NCBI GenBank assembly: GCA_012295275.1
Contig: CM022668.1
Location: forward strand, 15,314,001-15,378,000
Direction: 5' to 3'
DNA: 64,000 nt
From: Chrysomallon squamiferum
Lineage: Eukaryota > Animalia > Mollusca
A program made the position numbers and the translations under genes. Within the stretch, counting starts at the first letter, position 1, and each line of letters starts with the position of its first letter. The notes under the pieces are model-generated. The model saw only the letters and a list, made by a program, of their open reading frames with translations. It had not been told where the DNA came from and searched no databases. Shown piece after piece: positions 30,173 through 44,526 of this stretch.

Positions 30173-31325
30173 CATCAATTTACGCCGCATAATGGCGACC
30201 GTCTATTTTAAATGGTGGTGAACAATATGCGATAGATAGATAGTAAGAAAGAAGAAATAATGAAAGAAAGGTGAAAGAATAAAAAAAGAGGGATAAAAGA
30301 AAAACGAAAGAAAGAAAGAAAGAAAGAAAGAAAGAACAAAAAATTGAAAAACTTATTAGTAGAGTATATTATTACTATGTTAAAGAATGAAAAAGAAAAA
30401 AAAAAAATGATTTGAGATTTTTAGAATTAAATTTTAAAAAAAGTCATTAAAGAAAATAAATAAAGGATGGAAAGGAAGAACAACTGAATGACACAAAAAA
30501 CTGTCGAAAAAAGGACAGAAGAAAGAATGAATGGAAAAAAAGGAAGGAATGGAGAATGAAAGAACGGATGTATGAATAGAAATGGAAGACGGTAACTGAT
30601 TTATGGAAAGAAAGAATGAAAAAGAAAGGAAAAAAAAACTGAAAACAATAGAAACAGTAATTAATGAATGAGAGAAAAATAATGAACTGAAAGAAAGAGA
30701 GAGTACTTAAAGAGAAAACAAAATAACGAATTATGTTCTAATAAAGGTTAATAAAAAATATGGTGTCGTTTATCAAAATATTTAAAGAAAAATAGTATCT
30801 GCAAAAAATACAAATTTAAAAAGAAAAAAAGAAAAAAGAAATGGAGAGAAGAGAACATTTTAAAAGTCCTAAAATAGCAAAGGAAATTAAAAGAATTTTT
30901 TTATTATAATACAGTATGTCCATTCAGCTTTTTCTTTTGTTGATTACGTAGCACATGTTTATATAATGTGTGTGTGTAAATGTGCGAGTGTGTGTGTGAG
31001 TGTTTGTATTTGTGTAAAAATAAAAATAAAAAAAAAAGGAATAGAAAGAAGGAAGAAAAGAAGACAAAAAGAAAATGGTTGACTGCTGTGTCCTCAGTCT
31101 TCAGAGACTATTTTTTTCTACAGGACGTCAATCAACTGACATGACATGCATCAGTAACAACAACAACAACAACTACTACTACTACTACTATTGCTGCAAC
31201 TACTAACTATAATTATTACTACTACTACTACTACTTCTAATAATAATAGTTCAACTACTACTACTACTACTATTACTACTACTAATAATAATAATACGAA
31301 GAAGAAGAAGAAGAAGAATGCTACT

Positions 31326-31365
<40 letters not shown>

Positions 31366-32819
31366 GCTACTACTACCACCACCACCAGCACTGCTGCTAT
31401 AATTAATAATGATAATTAATAACAATAACAATAACAATAATAACAGTAATTCGAACCCAGAGTCCATATATTGTTACGTTTTGACGAAAACGCTACACTA
31501 TCGTTAGATACACTAAAGTCACAGCTGGGGTATAAGAGGCTTTTATTCTGAAGATAGACGGTTTAGCTATAACAGCAAAGCAAAATACGACTAGAACTAG
31601 ATCTGGTAATTCAGTCCAGTTCTTTATTAACATTGTGTTTCATTGATAATCAGTAAACACACAGAAATATAAATAAAAAAACAACAACAATATTTAGTTA
31701 CCTACTAGTCATTAGATTGCTGATGTATCCCTTAGAAACGAAATAAAATAAATTGCTAGGCTTGTTATAGCAGTCTATTCTCCACTAGCTTTTAGACAGA
31801 AGGTTTGGGCCAATTCACCAGCATTAAATACATCTTAGCACCTACTAGACTGAATATAACACCTAGTTACTTACTAGTTTTTCACATGATTTAGCCTTTG
31901 TATGAACATTAAATACATTTAGAACAATTACTAGGGTTGACTATAGAAGTTGGTTATCTAAATTCATCAGCTAGATGTTTAGACAAAGAAGCCAGACGTT
32001 AACAAATTGTTTTTAAGCGGTCCCGTATACATTTCACATTTCCTCAGACTCGAAGACAAGACAAGGCAAAATTGAAAAAAAAGTTTAATCCTGTTCTCTG
32101 GGTGTGTCAGTGATGGGGTGCGACATTTCACGCACAATTAGAGTTTATTTTGACACCTCGTTAGCGCGCACAAAGTCAAGGTCACGCGGGGCTGACCCAC
32201 ACAAATTTGCAAGATCAAGTTTTCGGCTAAGTTTCGCCGAAACGCGCTACCCAAAACCACGAGATGTCATGTTTAGTTTGACCCCGTTGAAAAATTAACC
32301 TCCAGTTACAGTGTATCTGTTTGAAACCTTTTCTTTTTTTTAATTTTTTTTTTTTTTTTTTTTTTTTTTAACCCCTGCAAAGGCAATCCATCTTTGCTTT
32401 TGCAAGCCTGGGGCGACGTATTAACTATCCTCAACACAAAAAAAAAAAAAAATTACCCGGGCTTTAACTTCAGGCATTCCTTGTCCCCGAAACCTCTGTT
32501 TGCGAGTTCCCGTAGCGTCTCGTGCCCTCGACAGCCATTGTTTCCGTGAACCTTTTGCCAAACACCCGCAATCTCTGTTGCATTAATTAGAACTGGAAGA
32601 TGAAATTCGAGATAACGCTCATTCTTTTCTCGGGTAATTTGATTTTGCATTAGCCCTCCTTAAGATTCCCTTTGCTCCCGCCATAACAGGGGACACCCCT
32701 GGATCTTGTCACACACACACACACACACATACAACCCTGCCCCCACCCCCCACCTACTCGCCCACCCACCCACCAGCGGGTGTCGGTAACGTCTACGACG
32801 CCATATCTAGTACCACGAG

Positions 32820-32850
<31 letters not shown>

Positions 32851-33562
32851 CTGTTCGGCAACGGGTGGAACGCTTCTTGACAGACAGGTTAACTCCGGGA
32901 CTTAATACAAGGTGCGAAAATTGTTGCTCGCCCGATATATATTTTTTTTTAGGGTGGGGGGTAGGAAGGATATAATTTTACCTGTCTGTTGACGTTGCCC
33001 TGAACGTTAATTTAATTAAGTTTTGATCATCGCCTTTTTTCCGCTTGGGCGCGCTGGAAAAGGAAAGAAAAACAACAACAAACAAAAAAACTGTGATTTC
33101 GTTTCGTGTCCGTCGCTCCGTATGCGTGTACGTAAATATTTGTGGAAACAAATCAGCATTTGTCTTCGCGTAATTCGCTCTGTCGAGACGAGCCACGCTT
33201 CGTCCCTGTTAGCAGCTGACTGCTTTGTCTCCATTGTGGTAGACGTCAGTTTTAATAAAAATTAAACCGTATTTGCTGTAAAAATTGGTTTTGTTTCTTT
33301 TTTTGTTCCGAGGTGTTGAGTTCCCGACGTCCAGGTGTCACGTTATTTTAGCAAGACGTGTTATCTTTAATAACACGGCGATAAGAAAGAAAGAGAGAAA
33401 CATTTATCATTGTTTTCTCGCGTCGTATCTGTGTCAGGTTTTTAGGTAACGCTAAATTATTGGGGTTTTTTATTTTATTTTAAAAAAAAACAAAAAAAAA
33501 GAACAACAACTTTGTACTGATAAAGCAGGTGATACATTCCTTAACACGATGTGTTGCAGTTT

Positions 33563-33649
<87 letters not shown>

Positions 33650-34312
33650 ACTAACCAACAGACACACAGAAAAACAGACCGACCGACATAGTGGGGAACT
33701 TTTCATTACATCATGTTCACTTTTTTTAAAACTGTTATTATTTAAAATTATAATCATTTGTTAAATGTATTCATTAAAACGAACGCATATGATCTAAACC
33801 ACTGGGTATGCGACTGGCATTTTTATAATAAACAGAAATAATTCACGTTTACATAATCAAGTGTTCGAGATCCAGCATAGTTTTCAATATGCTCGAGACC
33901 CTGAAAGTTAAAAACTTGTTGTCTACGATTTAATAAAGTGATATTTCTCAAACATAACAGGTGCAAAAGAAACCATTTAAATGTATTAGTTATGCAAATA
34001 AAAGTAAAAAGAAAGAAAGAAACAAACAAACGAATATTAAAATAAATAAATAAATAAATATAAACGAAAACATCAAATTGTAGACAAAGAGATGTAAAGG
34101 AGTATAGAAAATGGGATTAAAAGAGAAAAATAAATAAAAAGAATGAAAAACGGAGAAATTTACAAATGGATAATTTTATGCAATCAGTATTTATTCAGAA
34201 TATGGTAAAACGTTTAGAAACGAAAAGGATGCTTTTTTTTTCATTAAACTTTGAAACAAAGTTTATTTACAATTTTACTGTTATTTATTATTATTGTTGT
34301 TGTTGCTACTGC

Positions 34313-34343
<31 letters not shown>

Positions 34344-34792
34344 TTTTATCATCATCATGAGTATTGTAATGATGATTATCATTCTTATATTTATCATCCT
34401 AATCCTGATTATTACTGGTTTTAATCATCTTCATCATTATATAAAATATAGTGCTGTTTCTGCACGCATTTTTACAGAATAAATTTTTACTTAGCATGAA
34501 ATCTAGGTATTTATATTTGTTTTCTTTTTCAGTATTTATCAGCCAAAATAATTGCAAGGATCGAAGAAATATGGAAAATAATCATTTTTAATTTTTAATC
34601 ATTTATTTTCAATTTATTCACAACATACAATTCACCCAGTTAATTAGAACTTGAATATTTTCTTTGTTCTTGGAACAAAATGAGAATAGTATCCGAATTT
34701 ATCAAAAACTGTTTCTTGCAAGATGGTCTGTTACTGCCTGGTTTTCTGGTTTTGGTTAGTATTGCGCTAGCCGAATTTGCTATAATTAAAAT

Positions 34793-34863
<71 letters not shown>

Positions 34864-35736
34864 ATCTATCTATCTATATATATATATATATATATATAGA
34901 ATATTAGGAGTCTAGATCGTTTCCAGAAAGTGTAGAAAGCTCATGTGGTATTAATTATGAATTTGCAGACACATCAGGCTCTAAATGATTTTAATTATTT
35001 CTCAATATTTAGACCAAAGCCGCGATAAATGATGGTAATGTAAAAAAAAAAAAAAGAAAAAAAAAAAAAAAAAAAAAAAAACAAAATCAGGTGATGTGAA
35101 AAGCAAATCGTTTTTCTTTCAGATCTAGTAACTCAGCAAATTCTCTATTTATTCGTCCTTTATTCGTTCATCCGTCCTTCCAGCATCCTTCCACTTAATT
35201 ATCTGTCTGTCTCTCCGTATATATCTCTTTCCAGATGTCTTACCGTCAATTCATCCAACAATATAAATTAACATAATATTACGTCTGTTTGTTCATTTAC
35301 TTACTAGTTTACTTTATTTTACCTTTTTATTTACTTTTCTTTTTTCTTTTTATTTTATTTCATTTTATTTTTTATTATTTTATTTTTTTTATTTTATTTT
35401 ATTTTATTTTATTTTTATTAATATATTTTTTATTTTTTTTATTTTTTTTTTTATTTTTATTTAGTTATTATTTTTTAATTTTATTTATTCATTTTATTTT
35501 TACAATATATACGTGTTGTCATACTGAATATTGTTTGTATATTTTCTGCTACTGCACTGAATGCTGAATTAACATTACGTTTATTTATTTGTTGCTGTTG
35601 TTTGTTGTTTTTTCTAACTTACTTTATTTGTTTATTTATTCTTTATTTTGTTTGTTTGTTTGTTTGCTTGTTTGTCTGCTTGTTTATTTGTTTATTTAGT
35701 ATTTATTTATTTATTTATTTACTTGTTTCTTTGTAT

Positions 35737-35771
<35 letters not shown>

Positions 35772-38230
35772 TTTGTATATTATTATTTATTCATTTATTT
35801 ATTTCCTCTATTTTATATTTGCATGGTGATACTCTTGAACAATTCTTGCATGTATTTTTATTTTATTTTAATGTGCACACTGAAGTAAATTTTATTAGTC
35901 GATTAATGGATAAGAATTTCTTAATTTTCTAGTATATTTTTTTTTATTAAAAGGCCAGTTTCAACCGAGTTATACAAGAAATCTTACTGGTTCAACCCAA
36001 CTAGAGAAAAAAATGTCTTTCACTGAGATACTTTATACTTCTGTTACAAAGAGTAACAGACGTTTGAAAAATAAAACGTAAGAAAAAAGAAGAGGAAAAA
36101 AGGAAAAATAAAAGAAAGTAAAAGGAAAAAAGAAGAGGAAAAAAGGAAAAATAAAAGAAAGTAAAAGAAAAAAAAAAAAAAAGAAGTAAAGAAAATAATA
36201 GTGTATAAATGAAAAATAATGAAGAAAGAGAGAGAGAAGGAAAGACAAATAAGAGGTAAACATATAAATAAATAAATAAATAAATAAACAAAATTCTGGG
36301 TTTCTGTAACTAGAATCGTTAAAAATACTAAAAAAAAAAATTAAAAAAAAAAAAAATTAAAAAACGGTTCTGAATATTTGTTATTAGAATCCTCTAAAAA
36401 ATTTATAAAACATAAAATAAAATAAAATAATATAAAATAAAATAAATATAAAAAAAAAAAAAAAAAAAAAAAGACAAAAACGTGGAAAATAAACAATATG
36501 ACTAACAGAAAAGCTTTTAACAGCTGTAATTCGACTCTTCGTTTTCTCCGTTTTATTTACATCACATTATCATTATTCTCTTTATTTTCTGCCCCTTCAC
36601 TAAAAATTCTTTTTTTCTTTTCTTTTCCCCCCCTTTCCACGTTTTTTTTTTTTTTTTGGCCTCTCAGTTTTATTTCTCCGTGTCAGACTAATAATAAAAT
36701 TTATTTTAGCGTCCTTCAAATTACATTTCAACACTTTTTTTTTAGTTGTTGTTTTTTTTTACAATCTAACCGAATTTACAAATTAACGCCGAGTATAAAC
36801 CATTTTCATGAAAACGAACAACTCTTTAAATTTGGCCATTTTGACAAATTTCGGGTGTAGACATTTTTTTTTTATTATCGAGACTCTTTTTCTCTTTCGC
36901 TTCGCGGAACCTGAAACTGTAACATAAAGCGGGCATTTCTTAATAGCAACGGGATCTGGTTGCTAATTTATTTTGAAAGCGCGAGCTAAAAAGATCTATT
37001 CCCTTCTTCTTCCCTTGTAAATCGAAATGTCACGGGACACACGGTGAGTAGTGTTAATTTGATGAGAGAGAGAGAAAAAAAAAAAATCCCCCCAAAAAAA
37101 CATGTCTGTCAGACTCGTATATACATAAAACATTTTCTACTGCAGCTGCCGTAGCTCTTTTTAAACCATATAATTATTCCAACTATACCTCCCCGCGACC
37201 ACGAGCTTGAAGGTGGTGGTGGTGGGGGGGTCACGTGACACGCGCATTTCCGCGCCCCCTAATTTTACCCAAAACACGTGGTCGTTGCTTTGCTTTCCTT
37301 CAGAGGTATTGGAAACTGGGAGAGATTTTGCCATCAAACATTTCTTTGCTGCGGACGATTTGGGGAAACTTAATGACGGGGTTCCCGTGTATCGGTTACA
37401 CTTAAGAATATCCCAGAGGATATTTGTTTTCAATGGATTTAATGAGTTTCCTTAGTCGATTAATTTAAATTTTTGACAATGGAAGGTCTCTGAGAAACAT
37501 CAATTTTAAATTAGCAGCTACTGATTAAACGGGTGAAGGTTTGCACCTGTCGACTGCTAAAAAGAGAAGCACAGACACAACAGACACGTCTTCACCAACG
37601 TTGTCCAATGCCATCGCCAAACGTTGTCGTCGTTGTAGAGATTTTTTTTTCACAAATTAATGTAATTTCCTTCGTCGCTTCTTAACCTCAGATTTTCAAA
37701 ATTGATGTATCAGGTACTAAGAGATTTATTTTATTTTTTTTTTTTTTTTGGGCTTTCTTATATCGCTCGATATGTGGTTACTACGATAGTGGGTAATTTC
37801 TTTGGCTTTTGGTCTTGTGCCAGAAGTGCTAAGGTTGAAATTAGGAGGAGTGAAAAAAGATGGTCTGGGCAGGGAAAAGGGAGTTACGGGGAGGGGAAAA
37901 TGAAGTCTGGGGAGGTGGAAGGAGGTTGAGGGAGGGGAGAGGAAGATTATGCGCTGGGTCGGAAGAGGAGTTTTTCAGATGATGGAGAAGATTTTACAAG
38001 AAGAATTAATTTGTCATATTATTATTATTCTTTTTTGTTTGTTTTTTTTTAAAAGAAGAAAATTACGGGTCCCTATCGTAGATTAGGGTTTTTTTTAATA
38101 CTTGTGAAGCACTTTCTAGAATACATTTTCAGTTAAAAATTTCATTGATTATTATTTTATATCTTAAAATAAAGGATGATTCGCCCATCTCTATTCATGG
38201 TTCTTTCTTGTTATTCGAACTTCAGCTTAG

Positions 38231-38330
<100 letters not shown>

Positions 38331-38993
38331 TAAAATTATACTACATGAAAAAGCTCTTAATTTTAAGAAATTCTGTTGATTCTAAATTAACTTTATTTAT
38401 TCTCTTTATTACTGTGTTCTTTGTTTGTTTTCATTTTGTATCATATCGTATCATATGTTACATTACATTACATTACGTTGCGTTACATTACGTTACGTTA
38501 CATTATATATTATTTATTCATTCATTCTTGATCTTGCAGATATAAAAGTTTTTAAATAATTAGAAAAAAAGATTCAAGTTTTTCGTTTCAGTTTTAGTTT
38601 AAAAAGTCATGTATATAAATTACAGTTGGTTAAAAACAACAAAAAATATTTTTTTTACAGCAGTACCAAGAAGAAGAACAAATAAATAAACAAAAAATAA
38701 ACAAATTTAAAAAAACAGCAGACAAAAATTATATATTAAATAATAATATTTCAGTCATTTATAAAATATTTGATAAACAATTAATAATTTAAATAAAGCA
38801 ACTCTTATAAACAATAATAATAATAAAAGCAACAATAGTAATAATAATAAAAGTAATATAAATTATGATGAAGATAACAATAATAACAACAATAATAATA
38901 ATGATGGTAAATAGCAGTAAAATAATAATAATAGTAAATAATAACAACAACAATAATAATAAAATAATAATAATAATAATAATAAAAACAATA

Positions 38994-39026
<33 letters not shown>

Positions 39027-42000
39027 ATAATAATAATAACAATACTAATAATCATAATAACAACAACAATAATAATAATAACAATAATAATAATCATAAT
39101 AATAACAACAATAAATAATAATAATAATAATAATAATAATATAATGTACTTGAAAATAAAGATGAAGATAACAATATCAACAATAACAACTGCAACAACA
39201 CCAATAACAATAATAATAATAAGAAGAAGAAGAAGAAGAAGAAGAATAAATAATAACAGAAGATAACAATGAAAATTAAATATATTACTAAGGTATATCG
39301 TGTAATATACTATAACCTATTTCAAAACTCACCTGTTATTTCTTTTGTATATTCTTGTATTATTTATTAAAAATAAACAAACAGAATACGAAATAAATAA
39401 ATAACAATAAAGGTTTCACAGTATTTTGTAATATATTTAATAAATATATGAAGAGCATGTTTTGTAAAATTGAATAAAATCATTATGTCAGAAGAATTGA
39501 AATAAGATAAAATAAATAAATAAATGATGATGATGATGATGATGGTGATAATGATATAGGTGACAACAACAAAAAAAGTAACAACAACAACCAAACCAAC
39601 AACAACTACAATAATAATAATAATCATAATAACAACAACAACAATAATAATAATGAAGAAGAAGAAGAAATAATAACAGCTATGATAACAATGAAAATTA
39701 AATATAACAACAATAAGAAGAAAGAAGAAGAAAAATAACAGCTATGAAAACAATGAAAATTAAATATAACAACAACAACAATAATAATAATAATAATAAA
39801 ATGAAAAACACAGTATTATTATTTGTTTGACATTTTGAACTTTTCACAATTTTGTTTTTTTCTGAACAACCACCATAATTTTTATATCGCATCTTGAAAA
39901 CACTGCAATTTACCCCAAAATACTGAAGGACAACATTTTTTTTATAGAAAAAAAAAAAATAAGATGAAAACAAACATATCAGTTACGGCCACATTTTGTA
40001 AAATAGCGTAGCTTTATCTTACGTAAAACATTTTTGTCACCAACGTAAGTTAAAAATACTTAAGTGTTCTTTTGTACATAAAATTATACCATCGCAGTTT
40101 TGTGAAAAAATAATGTACCACGATTGTTTTGTGAAGCATTGACCCGTCTGATTGTCGTTTAATTTGGGCTATTTGTTCTTGTTTTTTGTTGTTGTTTTTG
40201 TTGTTTTTTTTTTTAGTTGCAGGCACTATGTGACACTTTACGTTACTTCATGTGTTTCAAAAGTTAAAAGACGGTCATGCGGAATTTCCGAGTTCAGATA
40301 ACAAAAAATAAAAAAAAATAAAATAAAGAATCAAAATAAAAAATAAAAAAATAAAATAAAATAAAAACAAATATAAAAAAATAATAATAATAATAAAAAA
40401 ATTAATAGTATTAAACAATAAACAATGAAAAAAGTAAAATATAAATAAAAACAAAAATAAAATAAAAATAAAAACAAAACTATAAATAAAAATGAAAATA
40501 AAAATAAAATAAAAATAAAAAATAAAACACAAAAAATAAAAAAATAAAATAAAAAACATAAAAAATAACAAAGAGGAACAAGGACAGGAAAAAACGAATT
40601 TATTCGCTGAAAAAAAAAAAAATTATGTTATTATCGAAGATAATAATATGTTTTAAATATTTCAAAGTTTTTTTTAAAATTAAATTTTATAACATAAATT
40701 ACCATAAAATAAATAGATTAAAGTTTACCTACAATGAGTAATAACAACATTAATTTTTTTATTCGGGTAGCGGTTTTTGAAAAATGATAAAAATATTCTA
40801 GGTAAAAGTAAATTGTGACGTACTTAAAAATTATAACAAAAGCAACAGCACAATAACAACAACGAAGACGACGATGATAAAAAAATATTATTCCTATGAT
40901 GATAATCATTTTATTAAATGATATAAAAATTTAAGCTAAAAGCCAAATGAAATGCGTTTTCTAAATATCTTTAAAATGAATATAAACGATTAATTCAATT
41001 AATTCAACGATACGGTAATTCCAATATTTCATAAACTGAGAAGAAGAAAGGTTAGATATTAAAAAGATTGTGATGTAAATACATTACTGAAATAGGTATT
41101 TGAAAAACAAGCATTTTATAAATAAAACAGATATATAAACGATGAAAAATGCAGTAATAATTCAATTTAATAACCAATACTGCTGTTTGGTTGCTAATGA
41201 AGAAGAAATATTAAACACTTAATATTATATATAAATTCGGATGTCAGAAGATTTTTTAGTCTATTCCATTACGTGAAGAAATTACCTTATATATTAAAAA
41301 ATAAAAATAAGTTCTCAAAACGTACACTAACTGAACATCTGTATTCAAAATTTATATTATCTACAGCCTTAGGATTAAAAATAGTCATTATACTTTATTT
41401 GATAGAAGCACACTAACCTTTACTTATTTCACAAACAAAAAATATTAGACATATCAAGTTTGATGTACTAAAATATCTATACAACAGTTTAGTATGTTAT
41501 TATTATCCAGTAATTATCAGTAAATGAAAGTAAAATGTATTCAGTTAATATACATGTATGTGCAAACACAGGAGCAGGACAAAATACATCGTGCGGTTTT
41601 CTTCTCTGTTTGGAGATATTACTAATGCAACAGAAAGGGATATGCAGTGCTCGATTTAGATTTTTAGCTAAACAAATTATTGTTTAGGGCTGCTAGGTCG
41701 AAAAGAACCTCTCAGAATTTCAACACTTTAACGCGCGCACGAACACTTTAACGCACAAACATAGATATACATGCGTGTGTGTTGAAATTCTAAATACAGT
41801 TTAGACATACATATGCATACTTACACACAGACTACGTGTGTACACATATACACACATACTAGCAAACGTTTCTTGTTTTTGGTGGATTTTTTGGTGATAA
41901 TTTACAGATAAGTTATAAAGTAAACTAATTAACACTAATTAAAATCAACAAAGTATTTCAGTAGTCAGTTTTATTCTGTGTTAACGATTAACAGCAGAGA

Positions 42001-43022
42001 GGTTGATGCAAGTATTTAACTGTTTCTCTGTGATTTATGACGTTTATGTTAAGACGATGCCGTAGACAAATAAGGAAATAGGAAACATTTTCATCCGAAC
42101 TGAAAAAGCATTCTTCAGTAATTGAGTATGACTAATGCGAGTGTGTATATATATTGTCTGTGTACATTATACACGTACATATTTATATATATATATACAT
42201 ACATAACCTTTCTGTTAGTTGAATTGTTTAATATGTAAATTCTTCTTGCTGTTTTTATTTTTATTTATGTATTTAATAATATTAGTCTTTCTTTTCTCTC
42301 TCTCTTTTTAAACGAATATAGTTACAGACATCCATCTTTCTTCTTTTTCTTTTTTTTCCATAAGATATTTTTGGAAGACGCAAACATAATATTAAAACAT
42401 TTAAAAGTGTTAAATTTCGTAACTAATGCCAGTGTAACGCGTTAGTGGGTTGTTTTTTTCCTTCTTCAAAATGCTGATGCAGTGTTACGTTCTAAACTTA
42501 ACAATGAAAGATTTTGACCGTTTATCAAAAGACACTACCCAGTAAGAATTATCTACAATTCCAGATGGAGATCTTAATATCCAGAAAAAGATTTTCCAGT
42601 TCAGCTGTTTTTAATCTGATTGCCGAAGACAAATTACTTATGTTCTTCGTCCATTTTTGTAATGTTTTTATTGTTTGATGGCTTTCTGTTGAACAAGGTA
42701 CGCGCTTGAATGTCTGTACATGTGTATGGTTGTGTCTTCTGCATGTTCATGTAATAAATGGCAAGCAATATTAACAGTACTACTACTATTGCATTTTTGA
42801 TCGAAGCTATTAATGTTTAACTTACGTTGTTGCTCCTTTTCTAAGAAAACCACTTTACTCTCCATACAGTAACTCCGTCGTACTGCAGAACACAAATAAT
42901 TTTAATACAGCCATCTGACAGCACGCGCGCGTTTCTCTAGCGTCTCATTTACAGTGCAAGGGAGACAACTGCATTATTAGTCGAGCCAGTGTCTCTGCTT
43001 TTTTTTTTCTTTTTTTTTTAAA

Positions 43023-43069
<47 letters not shown>

Positions 43070-43293
43070 GGGATTGATTGCTACTGAGTAAGTAATTTAG
43101 AACGGTAATTTTATCTGACTTGTTTTTAAATTAAAAATAATTAAATATATTTCAATAGATTTCGTTATAATCACCCAAACTTTCTTCACAGAGAGGGATG
43201 CCATTCACAAAATATCCTGAAAACGAGTTACAAGCAGCATCTTGGAATTATTATTATTATTGTTATTAAATTATTCATTTATTATTTGTCTTT

Positions 43294-43330
<37 letters not shown>

Positions 43331-44139
43331 AAAAGGAGTTTGAAAAAATATATATTTAATAAAATACGTTCGAAAAACTGAAGGAAAAATGGAAGCATTT
43401 AATACGCATGTGGCTTTTTCGTAATCTCAAATCCTTCTGAGCGTAACAGCTCTTCGTGTAAAGCAGGAATTACCTTAATTTTTTCTCATATGGATCCATC
43501 TAATGAAGAATTACCGATGTATTTCCGATATTCAGATTATGATGGTATTAACTTTAAACAGTAAATCTGAATCTCTTCAATAGGCTAGAAATCGACAGTA
43601 AGATTAGTCAGGGGAAACAACTCCACAATTACTTTTTCTTCTAACATTACGTGATTATCTCCCTTTTCTCATTTAAGTAAGGTGTTGCAGGAGTATATTT
43701 ACCAAAGACAATTTGAAACCATATCCAGACTATCCAGTAAATGTTCTAATCACACAATAATCCAGTTAGTGAAAGATGGTATAAATGTTTGTTTTTTAAA
43801 TTCACTTCATCAAAATGTCACTGGGCATTTGAGGGTAATTTTGCAAACAGCAATTTGAATTATCATACATCCATCGTAAAACATTCAAATAACCAAAGGT
43901 AAAACTGATGAACATATTAATGTCAAAAAAAAAAAAAAGTACAGCAGTAGAATAAATGTCTAACTCCCAACAGAAAATGGGTTTATACACTTTCTCACAC
44001 ACATTCTAAAAATGTCTTAGTGACAATTTAGTTTACAAATCCTCAGTATACACACTTATGAACCTCTGTACACCTTAAAACTAATCCAAAACAAAACAAA
44101 ACAAATAAACCAAACTTCAACTAAAAATAACAGAAATTA

Positions 44140-44526
44140 AAAACAAAATGCATCCTTTATTACACGTTTTAATTAATAACAGAACAAGCAGATCAAATAC
44201 AAATGTGTTCTTGTGAAAGCCTCGAGGACATCTTTAAAACATTCCTGTCAATGAAGAAAAATGATGAAAACAAATGAGAAAAAAAAATAATTAAAAAAAT
44301 CAGCTTGGTAACCATGTCCTTGATTTTTTTTAATTTAAAAAACACATCTGAATTCTCATTTGATGATGCACCAGTTGTCTGTTTTGCTGACAAATGACTG
44401 GATGTGTTGATGGGGATGATGTGCACGGGGTTTAAAACAAGTCACATTTGCTGAGGGCAAATGTAACCCCAGATCATCTCCTTGTTCTGTTATACAACAA
44501 AGGAATGGAGCAACATCTACTTAGAC
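44140..44526 (-). other. RPL41: RPL41 exon 4 (R-SK-stop at 44519-44517, plus ~370-nt 3' UTR; 3' end approximate)
   Basis: ctgtttcag|G TCT AAG TAG; UTR end inferred from the poly(A) signal. Confidence 0.85.
44156..44161 (-). terminator. Polyadenylation signal of RPL41
   Basis: AATAAA on the - strand followed downstream by T/GT-rich tracts (plus-strand aaacaaaacaaaacaaa, ~44088-44148). Confidence 0.65.

Noticed and set aside
39320-42660. Possible - strand gene from scattered splice-like sites (donors near 42638 and 39330, acceptors near 42100 and 39925)
   Set aside because: Joined frames give only short peptides with no recognisable homology; such sites are expected by chance in AT-rich DNA.
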